Shown here in pieces: positions 17,683 through 27,004 of a stretch of DNA of 64,000 nucleotides (positions within the stretch are counted from its first letter, which is position 1; the number at the start of each line of letters is the position of its first letter). Made by a program: the position numbers and the translations under genes. The notes beneath the pieces were generated by a model. That model had not been told where the DNA came from, did no database searches, and saw nothing but the letters and a program-made list of their open reading frames with translations. Source of the stretch: a virus; IMG/VR virus record IMGVR_UViG_3300027751_000015, positions 1,813-65,812 of that record; one strand, written 5' to 3'.

Positions 17683-18039
17683 ATGAAAAAACTATTATTG
17701 GCCTTAGGATTCATCACTGCTTGTGCTCCAGCGCACGCTGATATGTTACAAATAAATGTGCCATGCGATCCATCGCCCGAAGTAATGAGAATAATGATAC
17801 AGTATAAGAACTCTTTATTGCTTAGTGGAACAGGTACAATATCTGCTAAAAATGGAAAGACATTTACTTCCGAAGCTGGAATATTCTTAAACCAAGACAC
17901 TGGTACTTTAGCTGTTGTCTTATCTTTTCCCAATGGAGACAAGCCTCCAATGTCATGCTTAATTATTGCTGGAGCAGAGTGGGAGCCATATGCTGGACCT
18001 CAGCCGTGGGATAAAATAAAAACAAAAGAAGATCTATAA
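17683..18039 (+). CDS. Secreted hypothetical protein
   Basis: AAGGA SD; MKKLLLALGFITACAPAHA signal peptide. Confidence 0.7.
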   Translation: MKKLLLALGFITACAPAHADMLQINVPCDPSPEVMRIMIQYKNSLLLSGTGTISAKNGKTFTSEAGIFLNQDTGTLAVVLSFPNGDKPPMSCLIIAGAEWEPYAGPQPWDKIKTKEDL

Positions 18040-18043
18040 GGTA

Positions 18044-18051
18044 TATAAATA
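18044..18051 (+). promoter_or_regulatory. T4-type late promoter TATAAATA
   Basis: Exact consensus ahead of the secreted-protein operon. Confidence 0.8.
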
Positions 18052-18083
18052 CTGTATGACTTACAATGATTGGTGGTATTTAA

Positions 18084-18674
18084 ATGTATAAAAAGTTGCA
18101 TAGATTATTTTTGTTAATGGCATTAAGTTTGTTTACGCTATTGATAGTTGCTATTCAGGTTAAAGCCCAAGATGCAGCAGAATGTCCTGTCGGGTATGTC
18201 TGCACATTATCAGGGACTGATTCCAATATAACAACTGATGGTCAAATGACCACAACCATAAAACAACCTCCTCCTTCTGCGATTGCGCCACAATTTAGTG
18301 CAGGTAATAATTCTGATCTGTGTACTATCGGAGCTTCTGCTTCAGTACAAACTCAGATTTTAGGCATATCTGCAGGAGGCACTTATACTGAAGAGAATTG
18401 TAAAAGATTAAAAAATGCAAAAGTCTTATATGATATGGGAATGAAAGTGGCTGCGGTATCAACTATGTGTCAAGATGAAAACGTGTTTAAGGCAATGATG
18501 AATGCTGGTACGCCATGCCCGTATAATGGTTTAATCGGTGATGCTGCTAAGTTGGGTTGGGAAACTCACGTTGAAGAAACTGAAAAAGAACTTAATTTGA
18601 TGGGACCTATAGATGCTGAAAAAGCTGCTCCTGCCGTTAGCGCTGGTATTATCGCCCTCTTACTCTTACTCTGA
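18084..18674 (+). CDS. Secreted Cys-containing hypothetical protein
   Basis: Signal peptide (VKA-QD), several Cys and a C-terminal hydrophobic tail. Confidence 0.75.
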   Translation: MYKKLHRLFLLMALSLFTLLIVAIQVKAQDAAECPVGYVCTLSGTDSNITTDGQMTTTIKQPPPSAIAPQFSAGNNSDLCTIGASASVQTQILGISAGGTYTEENCKRLKNAKVLYDMGMKVAAVSTMCQDENVFKAMMNAGTPCPYNGLIGDAAKLGWETHVEETEKELNLMGPIDAEKAAPAVSAGIIALLLLL

Positions 18675-19521
18675 AAGTATTGCTCCGTACTTTGGGTATA
18701 CTGGAAATGCTATAACGGACCAATCTCTCGCTTGGTCTATGCCAAACATATTGCCTGATCCATCTGGATTAGATATACAGAATGTAATATACAGTTATAA
18801 GATACAGAAAGAAACTGGTGAATGGGTAACAGTACATGTGCAGAATGAAAATGCTAATGCCACTGGTTATATTTTTAGAGAGACTGACGAGTGGAAACCA
18901 GGATCAGTAGCCGGTACTGGAATTAGTAAAGCAGTTCCAGTAGGCAATTTACCCAGAGCATTATGGGGAGAGGGAAGCATAGATGTAGATGGCAACGGAT
19001 CAGTATACGATGCAAGTATAGTATATACGTATAGAGTCGATCCTTGTTTTAATCCGCAGTTTAATACTAACTGCCCAGGATATGTAGAGCCAATCCCTGA
19101 CATACCAGAAGTTGGCTTAGAAGATGTTTATGATGTATTCGATGACGATAATGTTAACATGGAACGAAATAAAACAATCGAACAAGATAAGATAAATAAG
19201 GCTAAAGCAAAAGAAGAAGATGAAGAAGAAGAGGAAGAGCGTAAAAGAAGGTACAGACTTGAAAAGGTTTTGTCAGATCTGCAAGCTTCTCAACTTTTAG
19301 CTGAGAATTCTATAATAGAACAAATGAATAACAATATGCAAAACGAGATAAATAAGACATATCTAGTAATGAAAATACCAGGCGGAGAATATAAAGATAG
19401 CGTGGTACTGGCAGATTCAAAGTTGCCAGACTCAAAGAATGGATTACGTAATGGACTAGCCCAACAGTTATTGCACAACCAGATGGTTGAGATGCAATAT
19501 CAAATAAACGAAGAGAACTAA
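18613..19521 (+). CDS. Secreted hypothetical protein (beta-rich N-half, acidic/helical C-half)
   Basis: Signal peptide; VDPCFNPQFNTNCPGY linker; poly-E tract. Confidence 0.75.
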   Translation: MLKKLLLPLALVLSPSYSYSESIAPYFGYTGNAITDQSLAWSMPNILPDPSGLDIQNVIYSYKIQKETGEWVTVHVQNENANATGYIFRETDEWKPGSVAGTGISKAVPVGNLPRALWGEGSIDVDGNGSVYDASIVYTYRVDPCFNPQFNTNCPGYVEPIPDIPEVGLEDVYDVFDDDNVNMERNKTIEQDKINKAKAKEEDEEEEEERKRRYRLEKVLSDLQASQLLAENSIIEQMNNNMQNEINKTYLVMKIPGGEYKDSVVLADSKLPDSKNGLRNGLAQQLLHNQMVEMQYQINEEN

Positions 19522-19532
19522 GGAAACATAAT

Positions 19533-20057
19533 ATGAATATGTTTAAAATTAAGACTAGTCTGTTTGCACTATCTACTATGGTTGTGGCAAGTCAGGCTTT
19601 AGCACAACAAGAAGGATCAGTTCCTATTAACGGCACTGTTCAATCGCGTTGTGTAATTCAAGCAGATACCGCAGGAACATACGGCAACCCTAATGCGTAT
19701 GAATTAAATACAGCCGCAACAGCTGGTGGGAACAACGCTGTAATTCGCGTTGATGTAACACTGGCCGATTCATATTATGTTAATATTACTGCACCATCGT
19801 CATTTTCAAACAGCCCAACTTTACCTGACACTGTAACTTGGACTGGAGATACAACTGTTAAAACGCTATCAGATGCGACAGGAATGAGTGGGTACGAAAC
19901 TGGTAAGCAGGAACTAGGAATGGTAGATAAGTATGACCTAACTGTTGTTGGTTCTACATGGTTTGAAACAGAGTCAAAAGCTACTCTTGGAGGTTCAAGA
20001 GCATTTCCCGGCGGAAACTACACTGCATTAGTAGAAGCTGAGTGTATTGCAAAGTAG
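19533..20057 (+). CDS. Secreted fimbrial-subunit-like protein
   Basis: Signal peptide (ALA-QQ), INGTVQSRCVI N-strand, C-terminal GGNYTALVEAEC; Thr/Gly/Ala-rich. Confidence 0.55.
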   Translation: MNMFKIKTSLFALSTMVVASQALAQQEGSVPINGTVQSRCVIQADTAGTYGNPNAYELNTAATAGGNNAVIRVDVTLADSYYVNITAPSSFSNSPTLPDTVTWTGDTTVKTLSDATGMSGYETGKQELGMVDKYDLTVVGSTWFETESKATLGGSRAFPGGNYTALVEAECIAK

Positions 20058-20060
20058 GAA

Positions 20061-20468
20061 ATGACTATGCTACGTTATGGTTTATTCTCAGTCTTTATAG
20101 CTATTTTTTTAACATGCGCTTTAAGTGTTAAGGCCCATGAGATGGTTCCAACATACCCAAAATTGGAACCATCTCATATACAAGGGCTATATAAAACAAA
20201 GGTAACAATATTCAATAAAAGACCAGAAGTTGAGTATTATGAAATTGGGGTATTTACAGAAGATTGGGAATCAATACCGTTTGTTTCTACATACAAAATC
20301 TTTCCAGTCCCCTTTTTAAGCACAGTAACAAACGAGCTGTTTATACGTAATATTGATAGAAAAAAAGTAAGGTATATATGCTCTAAATCGAAACTGCGTA
20401 GGTCATATGAAACGCGAACTATAGTGTCTTCTAGGATTTGCTCAAAGATAAAAAGGCTAGGTGAATGA
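20061..20468 (+). CDS. Secreted protein, pilus-chaperone-like
   Basis: Signal peptide (VKA-HE); MVP...TIFN...YEIGVFTEDW pattern reminiscent of PapD-like N-domains. Confidence 0.45.
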   Translation: MTMLRYGLFSVFIAIFLTCALSVKAHEMVPTYPKLEPSHIQGLYKTKVTIFNKRPEVEYYEIGVFTEDWESIPFVSTYKIFPVPFLSTVTNELFIRNIDRKKVRYICSKSKLRRSYETRTIVSSRICSKIKRLGE

Positions 20469-20890
20469 AAAAGTGTATTATATTATTAACCTTATCAATG
20501 TTTCCTATTACAGCATTAGCAGATAACAGTGGGATTGGACTAACACTACCTGGAGCTTCTGTCTCATATGGTAGTGATAGCATCAAAGCTGGAGACTTAA
20601 ACTGCTCAAATTCTATTGGCGGCGCCACAAATTTTGAGTTTGGTATAACAGGCGTTATCGATAACTATAGTAGTCCATTCAACTCTCCAGATTACGGTAA
20701 CACTGAAAAGGATGTTGGAGTATATGCTAGAATAGTTATACCACTCGATAAGCCTAAAGAAAGAATTAATTGTAACAGCTTGTATCAATTAGAGCTGAGA
20801 AAAAAAAGATTAGAAGTGCTAAAGCTGCAACAAGAACTGGAAGCGTTAAGACGTTTAAACAATTCTGAAGCAAGCACATTTGAGAACTAG
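20465..20890 (+). CDS. Secreted hypothetical protein
   Basis: Signal peptide (ALA-DN), beta-rich core and C-terminal coiled coil. Confidence 0.7.
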   Translation: MKKCIILLTLSMFPITALADNSGIGLTLPGASVSYGSDSIKAGDLNCSNSIGGATNFEFGITGVIDNYSSPFNSPDYGNTEKDVGVYARIVIPLDKPKERINCNSLYQLELRKKRLEVLKLQQELEALRRLNNSEASTFEN

Positions 20891-20900
20891 GAGTTAATAA

Positions 20901-21479
20901 ATGTCAGAGCTAGAATTTGGAGGAGTTAAGTTTAAAGGCGGCAAGATGTTTGCTGTTCTTACGGCGCTATCAACGTTAGGTGGCGCAGCTTGGGGAGGCT
21001 TTGAGTTCTACAATGATTATAGAAATATGAAAGAGATTGTAGAAAATATTGATGTAGATTCTATTGCAGCCGAAAACGAAAAAGTTATTCTTAGAATGGA
21101 AGAAAATATGGTTCGTATTAACGAGGCCATTGAATATACTCGTGATATTAAAACTGGTCTTAGAGATGATATACTTGGTATTGAAAAGCAAGTGGATCGC
21201 ACAGAAGATGAGTTGCGGGAAAGCGAGCAAACGACAAGAGAGATTGTACAGAATGCAGAAGAGCGCTTTGAAAACAAGCGAGACGCATTATCTAATGATT
21301 ATGACACAAAGGCGAATAGTTTAAGAAACTCAAATAACAGTCGTATGAACGATCTAGAAACTAAAGTAGAACGCGACTTAGAATCACTGCGAGCGATGAT
21401 CGAGAGAGACATGAGAGAGCTTGATACTCTATTAAATGATAAATTACAAAGAGCCCTAAATAATCCACTAGCAAACTAA
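20901..21479 (+). CDS. Membrane-anchored coiled-coil protein
   Basis: N-terminal TM (FAVLTALSTLGGAAWGGF) followed by long heptads. Confidence 0.7.
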   Translation: MSELEFGGVKFKGGKMFAVLTALSTLGGAAWGGFEFYNDYRNMKEIVENIDVDSIAAENEKVILRMEENMVRINEAIEYTRDIKTGLRDDILGIEKQVDRTEDELRESEQTTREIVQNAEERFENKRDALSNDYDTKANSLRNSNNSRMNDLETKVERDLESLRAMIERDMRELDTLLNDKLQRALNNPLAN

Positions 21480-21490
21480 CGGAGATCTAA

Positions 21491-21757
21491 ATGGCCGAAG
21501 AAGAAAAAGTTAAAGCTAAACTAGTAGCTAAAGCGCCGCATGCAATTAGAGATGAAGATACACCAGAAGGTAAAATGGAACTTCAATTCCGAGTTTTAGG
21601 TAATGAAATGATCGGCATTAAGATGATAGTCGATGACATGAAAATGAAATGGGTTTTTATTGGATTACTTGCTATTTTAGTAATGACATGGGCCGCTGCA
21701 GAATTCGGCAATGCTATTACTGGAACAAGTCCTGGAGATGAATGGTCAGAAGGCTAG
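21491..21757 (+). CDS. Small membrane protein
   Basis: GGAG SD; one TM segment (WVFIGLLAILVMTW). Confidence 0.65.
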   Translation: MAEEEKVKAKLVAKAPHAIRDEDTPEGKMELQFRVLGNEMIGIKMIVDDMKMKWVFIGLLAILVMTWAAAEFGNAITGTSPGDEWSEG

Positions 21758-22005
21758 TCATAGTGACCACCTAATACAGCAACCTTAGTTATTTCTCTAT
21801 TATATACTTCTACTTCTCGTTGCTTGTAAGCTGTTTCAAATCCGATCGAACCGTATTCGCTTCTTTCAGTGTTATTCCAAAGTCTTTTAAAATATGAATC
21901 GTATAACTGTTCAACAGTGGCGTCTGATTCGTTTATGTTGATTAGTTGCCCCTTAACTAGCCAGTTAAGTCGATTGGCTTCTTTACGAACGAATGGCGTA
22001 CACAT
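21754..22005 (-). CDS. Hypothetical protein
   Basis: AAGGAG SD on the minus strand; occupies an otherwise empty gap. Confidence 0.65.
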   Translation of the reverse strand: MCTPFVRKEANRLNWLVKGQLININESDATVEQLYDSYFKRLWNNTERSEYGSIGFETAYKQREVEVYNREITKVAVLGGHYD

Positions 22006-22079
22006 AGCTACTCCTTTACATAAGATAACTTATCTATAAAATGGTAGTGCTAACTTTTGCGCTATTAAAAAAATAAACG

Positions 22080-22108
22080 TGTACATATGGTTTGTAACAG
22101 TGTAGAGT
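22080..22108 (+). promoter_or_regulatory. Early promoter TGTACA-N17-TAGAGT
   Basis: 17-nt spacer; AGGAG SD downstream. Confidence 0.7.
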
Positions 22109-22131
22109 ATACTTATCAATAGGAGATAAAC

Positions 22132-22347
22132 ATGACTTACACTATACAAACCGATATCGCACATACCGCAACACAATCCGAAATTAAACAATTCGCTTCC
22201 GAACACAATTGTATTCTATCAAAATTCCAACCTCTCGGCCCTGCCGGCGGAAATCACTTATGCGATTTCACATCTAATTCTCTCGATTCTATTCAAAAAT
22301 TGTGCGACCAACTTTCATATCCCCATAAAAACATCGAAAAAATTTAA
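22132..22347 (+). CDS. Hypothetical early protein
   Basis: AGGAG SD; GPAGGN motif. Confidence 0.7.
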   Translation: MTYTIQTDIAHTATQSEIKQFASEHNCILSKFQPLGPAGGNHLCDFTSNSLDSIQKLCDQLSYPHKNIEKI

Positions 22348-22366
22348 AAAAAAGTGAAATTAACTG

Positions 22367-22395
22367 TGTACAAACAGTTTGTAATGTAGTAAGAT
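22367..22395 (+). promoter_or_regulatory. Early promoter TGTACA-N17-TAAGAT
   Basis: 17-nt spacer. Confidence 0.7.
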
Positions 22396-22423
22396 ATACT
22401 TATCAAATGATGGAGATTATATA

Positions 22424-23380
22424 ATGGCACACGAAGTAGAAATGATTAACGGTCAAGCTCAACTAGCATACGTTGGTGATGTACCTTGGCACGGTCTTGG
22501 TGTTGAAGTTCGGAACGATATGACACCTGAGCAGATTATGGTAAAAGCTGGCCTTGATTGGACAGTTGAAAAAGAAGAAGTACAAACAGTATCAGGTGTA
22601 AAAATTCCTGGTAAAAAAGCTTTGGTTCGTTCTTCTGACGGTTCAGTTTTAGATATGGTCGGTGACGACTGGAATCCTGTACAAAATACACAAGCTTTCG
22701 AATTCTTCTCAGATTTCGTAATGGCAGGTGATATGGAAATGAATGTGGCAGGATCTTTAAAGGATGGAAAAAATGTATTCGCTCTCGCAAAAGTCAAAGA
22801 GTCTTTCACTATTCTCGGCGAAGACCAAGTTGACTCCTATCTTTTGTTTAGCAATCCTCACCAATATGGTAAAGCTGTTGATATTCGCTTTACTCCCATT
22901 CGTGTTGTATGCAATAACACGCTCACATTTTCTTTAAATTCAAAGTCTAAAAACTTTGTAAAAGTTGGCCATCGTTCAGTCTTCGATGCTGATATGGTTA
23001 AAGAGCAAATGGGACTTGCTTCTGAAAAGTTTGCACAGTATAAAGAGATGGCAGAATTCTTGTCAACTCGTCGTTATAACGCAGAATCGCTGATTCAATA
23101 CTATAACGAAGTATTCCCACATCGTGAGCAGCGTACTGTTTCAGCGTTCGATGATTTATCACGTACAGCTCAGTTAGCAGCTTCCAACATCGAAACTCAG
23201 CCTGGTGCAGAGTTTGGTCAAGGAACTTGGTGGCAGGCATTTAACTCTGTTACATATATGACTGACCACATTCAAGGTCGTAGTGCAGAGAGTCGTTTGA
23301 ATAACCAATGGTTTGGTTACAATCAAGGACGAAAAATTAATGCTGCTAACAAAGCAGTAGAATTTGCGACAGCAGCATGA
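22424..23380 (+). CDS. DUF932-family phage/plasmid protein
   Basis: MAHEVE..AYVG..PWHGLG, AGLDW, QN.QAFEFF, AGSLK.G, FTPIRVVCNNTL and GTWWQAFN motifs. Confidence 0.88.
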   Translation: MAHEVEMINGQAQLAYVGDVPWHGLGVEVRNDMTPEQIMVKAGLDWTVEKEEVQTVSGVKIPGKKALVRSSDGSVLDMVGDDWNPVQNTQAFEFFSDFVMAGDMEMNVAGSLKDGKNVFALAKVKESFTILGEDQVDSYLLFSNPHQYGKAVDIRFTPIRVVCNNTLTFSLNSKSKNFVKVGHRSVFDADMVKEQMGLASEKFAQYKEMAEFLSTRRYNAESLIQYYNEVFPHREQRTVSAFDDLSRTAQLAASNIETQPGAEFGQGTWWQAFNSVTYMTDHIQGRSAESRLNNQWFGYNQGRKINAANKAVEFATAA

Positions 23381-23559
23381 AAATTATAAATGATAAAAAG
23401 AACCCCTCGTTGTTAGGGGTTCTTGAACCTGCTGATCGCATTGATGAATACGAAAAATGGGTAGATAATCTTAATCAAGATCTAAAAGATTCTGGTTACG
23501 ATCAATATGAGTACAAAGTTGTAAAAAAGAGAGATAAGCTTTACATCAACCGTTTGTAG
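23377..23559 (+). CDS. Hypothetical protein
   Basis: ATGA coupling; followed by a terminator. Confidence 0.55.
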   Translation: MKIINDKKNPSLLGVLEPADRIDEYEKWVDNLNQDLKDSGYDQYEYKVVKKRDKLYINRL

Positions 23560-23568
23560 ACTAAATTT

Positions 23569-23591
23569 AGAGGCTTTTGCCTCTTTTTTTT
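23569..23591 (+). terminator. Rho-independent terminator
   Basis: AGAGGC-TTTT-GCCTCT followed by a T-run. Confidence 0.8.
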
Positions 23592-23593
23592 AT

Positions 23594-23601
23594 TATAAAT
23601 A
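23594..23601 (+). promoter_or_regulatory. T4-type late promoter TATAAATA
   Basis: Exact consensus heading the putative internal-protein operon. Confidence 0.85.
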
Positions 23602-23626
23602 CACTATATACTTTAGAGGTTCTAAC

Positions 23627-24622
23627 ATGCATTCTTTTATAAAATTTTTATCAGAAGGCTTTGGTAATAACGAAGCTGGTGTCTATCATGAAATACTGGT
23701 GGGTAAGCATTTATCGAACGGTAAACATATGCACGATCCAAAGGGACGGCCAGGTGAATCATCTAAGGATGCACATGATAAATTAGAAAAAGCAGCTAAA
23801 GCACATGGCGGTGATGCACTGGTAAAAGATCATCTGGAAAAAGCTAAAGTAGCAGCTGAAGATATAAAAAGGCAGGTTAAAAAAGCAGGCCATACCATAA
23901 AACATGTACATTGGACTTCAAAACCAGGGGACGTAGAGAGAGTAACTGGAGTTAAGTCTTCTCAAAAAGAAGATCCTTCTGATATTATGGTTACAACCCA
24001 TAAAGGTAAACAGATAGGGATATCTTTGAAGGTATCTAAAAAAACATCTAAGGTTCCTGCTTCGAGTTTAGGGCAGACTTCAGGCGGACGTAAGGCCGCA
24101 AGATTAGGAACTGCGCATAAGAAAGCTATTGCAGATAGACATAAAGGTTTAGCAACTACGTCTAATAAACAGAGTAGAAAAGATTGGGCAAAAGAAAATC
24201 CTAAAGCTCATGCTGATATCAAAGCCTCTAATAAAAAGTTTCTAGGAGACGTTGCTAAAAAGCAAGCGAGAGAGCTTAATGCTAGGATTCGTGTTGGCCA
24301 TGTAGACCACGTTATAGATCATATGCGTCAAGTTATGCATGCAAAATCTACTCCGATGCAATCAAAAGGACACGACCATATTAAGCACACGACATGGCGT
24401 TCTTCTAAAGGTGTTCAGACCAAATCAGCAAATCCAGGAAAAGATCATGAACATATATTTGCGGCCATTCGCAAAGAACCTCATAAGCTAAAGATTACTC
24501 ACACTGCAGGAGGTTCAGTTAACTTTCATCATAACGGTAAAAAGGTAGTAACGCAATCGCACAAATTTGATTCGCAATCAGATCCCTTATCCACGTTAAA
24601 AAGTGCTGGACACATAGCTTAA
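23627..24622 (+). CDS. His/Lys-rich protein, PD-(D/E)XK nuclease-like, with capsid-targeting-like N-terminus
   Basis: MHSFIKFLSE start; HE near N-terminus, PSDIMV and GISLK core. Confidence 0.55.
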   Translation: MHSFIKFLSEGFGNNEAGVYHEILVGKHLSNGKHMHDPKGRPGESSKDAHDKLEKAAKAHGGDALVKDHLEKAKVAAEDIKRQVKKAGHTIKHVHWTSKPGDVERVTGVKSSQKEDPSDIMVTTHKGKQIGISLKVSKKTSKVPASSLGQTSGGRKAARLGTAHKKAIADRHKGLATTSNKQSRKDWAKENPKAHADIKASNKKFLGDVAKKQARELNARIRVGHVDHVIDHMRQVMHAKSTPMQSKGHDHIKHTTWRSSKGVQTKSANPGKDHEHIFAAIRKEPHKLKITHTAGGSVNFHHNGKKVVTQSHKFDSQSDPLSTLKSAGHIA

Positions 24623-25323
24623 TGGCACGCAATCAATACTTAGAACTCATAACACTACAAATAGCAGCCGGCCAAGTACTTAAAACTTCTTCAATAGATA
24701 AGTTTGGATACAACAGTGCGCTTGGTAATACTTACGAAACTATTTGGAGTGGCAACAACCGTTACACTTATATAACTACTCCAGGAACAGCTATTGTAAC
24801 AAGTGGAGATTCAGATGATAATGGTGGAACAGTTCTTATCCAAGGATTAGATGCAGAATATAATGAAATTTCAGAAACTCTTACTGTAGGTGGGCCTGCA
24901 GGTTCTGCTGTATTTCACAGAGTGCATAGAGCATCGCTTGCGACAGCAAACACTGGTGATACAAACCAAGGGGCCATCACGGTAACTGTTGATTCAAAGT
25001 CAGTGGCAATCATACCAATTGGTTATGGTCAGACACTGATGTGTTTATACACTATCCCGAGAAGAAAAAGAGGTTATCTATTTCAACTAGATATTGGTTG
25101 TTCAAAGGATCAGGAGCTAGAAGCTAAAATAGTTGAAAGAAATGGTACAACTAATGTTTGGCAAACAAAGGCGTTTATTACAACCCGTGGTGGGTTTTTA
25201 GAAAAGAACTTTAATATTCCTATTGAGATAGATGAGAAACACGACGTCGAAGTTAGAGCAAAGGCAAGTGCCGGATCGGCTGCAGTTAGCGCAGGATTTG
25301 AACTTGTATTGGTGGACAAATGA
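24622..25323 (+). CDS. Late hypothetical protein (beta-rich, possibly structural)
   Basis: KFGYN...ETIW; Gly/Thr-rich; coupled in late operon. Confidence 0.6.
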   Translation: MARNQYLELITLQIAAGQVLKTSSIDKFGYNSALGNTYETIWSGNNRYTYITTPGTAIVTSGDSDDNGGTVLIQGLDAEYNEISETLTVGGPAGSAVFHRVHRASLATANTGDTNQGAITVTVDSKSVAIIPIGYGQTLMCLYTIPRRKRGYLFQLDIGCSKDQELEAKIVERNGTTNVWQTKAFITTRGGFLEKNFNIPIEIDEKHDVEVRAKASAGSAAVSAGFELVLVDK

Positions 25324-26546
25324 GTTTTAAAGAATACATAACTGAACAAAAGAATACGCATATGACCCACATAGAAGACAAAGTCATCTATGGCGGAGTT
25401 AAAGGTACGAGACAAGCAATTATGGCTTTACGTGAATTGAGAGATATGCTAAAAGGAGAACATAATGGATCTGTCAGTGTTAAGTGGGACGGAGCACCTG
25501 CCATCTTTGCTGGCGTTGATCCCCGCGATGGCAATTTCTTTATTGCTAAGAAGGGAATCTTCAATAAGAATCCTAAGGTTTATAAGTCTGATGCTGACGT
25601 GGACGCTGACACTTCTGGTGATCTTGCAGTTAAACTTAAGCTGGCTCTTAAGCACCTTCCGTCTTTAGGAATTAAAGGTGTAATACAAGGTGACTTCTTA
25701 TTTAGTCCAGGAGACGTAAAAACCAAAAAAATTAAAGGGCAAGCATACGTTACATTTCATCCTAATACTATAGTCTATGCTTTACCAGCCGATTCTGCAG
25801 GTGCAAAAGCTGTTAAGTCTTCTAAAATCGGAATTGTGTGGCATACAACTTATACTGGTAGAACTTTTGAAGCAATGAAAGCTTCTTATGGAGTTGATGT
25901 TTCGAAGCTTAATTCATCTAAAACGGTGTGGTCACAAGACGCAATGCTTAGAGATCTAACAAAAGCCACAATGAGTAAGAAAGATACTGAATTGGTAAAT
26001 GAGTACCTTTCTCAGGCTGGATTTATTTTTAACAAAATTGCGGGATCCACTTTACGTCAGCTGGAGTCTAATCAACAGCTAGCACAACTTGTAGAACAAT
26101 TTAATAATACTTATGTTAGAGATGGTAAAGTTATCACTGATACCAATAAGCATGTAGCACTTCTTATTTCTTGGATTAATAAGAGGTATAAAAAAGAGAT
26201 AGATAAGAGGAAGTCAGTTAAAGGTAAAGCAACTCAACAAGATAAATTAGATAGTATTCTATCGTTTTTCTCAGAAAAAAATAGAAATAGTTTAAAATAT
26301 ATGTTCGATTTGCAAAAAGTCTTGGTTTTAGCAAAATTAAAACTTATAAATAACCTTAACAAACTTGGTAATATTGATACCTTCGTAAAAACAAGTAAAG
26401 GTTATAAAGTAACCGGAGCTGAAGGTTATGTAGCAATTGACAAAATAGGCGGTGATGCAGTGAAAATTGTTGATCGTATGGAATTTTCATACAACAACTT
26501 TTCACCAGATATATTAAAAGGATGGGATAAGCCAGCAAGGAACTAA
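25320..26546 (+). CDS. Conserved T4-like protein (DUF6267-like), possible nucleotidyltransferase/ligase fold
   Basis: NTHMTHIED, SVKWDGAPA (KxDG), QGDFLF, EGYV and KIVDRMEFS; MSFKEYITE N-terminus. Confidence 0.7.
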   Translation: MSFKEYITEQKNTHMTHIEDKVIYGGVKGTRQAIMALRELRDMLKGEHNGSVSVKWDGAPAIFAGVDPRDGNFFIAKKGIFNKNPKVYKSDADVDADTSGDLAVKLKLALKHLPSLGIKGVIQGDFLFSPGDVKTKKIKGQAYVTFHPNTIVYALPADSAGAKAVKSSKIGIVWHTTYTGRTFEAMKASYGVDVSKLNSSKTVWSQDAMLRDLTKATMSKKDTELVNEYLSQAGFIFNKIAGSTLRQLESNQQLAQLVEQFNNTYVRDGKVITDTNKHVALLISWINKRYKKEIDKRKSVKGKATQQDKLDSILSFFSEKNRNSLKYMFDLQKVLVLAKLKLINNLNKLGNIDTFVKTSKGYKVTGAEGYVAIDKIGGDAVKIVDRMEFSYNNFSPDILKGWDKPARN

Positions 26547-26547
26547 A

Positions 26548-26997
26548 ATGGCAGTAGGATTTAAAGATTTTCTAACAGTTGATTATACGCAAACTGGCGA
26601 TGGGCAACTAGCACGTAATGCTAAAAAGCGTAAAATGGATACACCAACAGGTAATACAGCTGAAACTGTAGAGCCAGCTGATGAAGCATTGAATATGCAG
26701 CAAAGGCGAAAAAGAGCTATTCAAATGAAGAAGTTTGCAGCACGACTTAAAATAGGTCGTAAAAAAGCTTCTATGAAAATAGCAACAGGCCCGGTTCTTG
26801 CAAGAAGAGCGCGTAAGGCTGCTAGAAATGCTATGGCCAAAAAGATGACTAAAGGTATAGCTAAAGTAGATCTTACCCCCGCAAGAAAGCAAGAGATTGA
26901 AAAAAGGTTGGATAAAATGCAGCCTAGAGTCAATCGTTTAGCCAAACGCTTGCTCCCAAAAATACGTAAAGCAGAAATATCTAAAAAGCGCGGGTGA
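26548..26997 (+). CDS. Basic late hypothetical protein
   Basis: Very K/R-rich; MAVGFKDFL N-terminus. Confidence 0.7.
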   Translation: MAVGFKDFLTVDYTQTGDGQLARNAKKRKMDTPTGNTAETVEPADEALNMQQRRKRAIQMKKFAARLKIGRKKASMKIATGPVLARRARKAARNAMAKKMTKGIAKVDLTPARKQEIEKRLDKMQPRVNRLAKRLLPKIRKAEISKKRG

Positions 26998-27004
26998 CAT
27001 CTAT

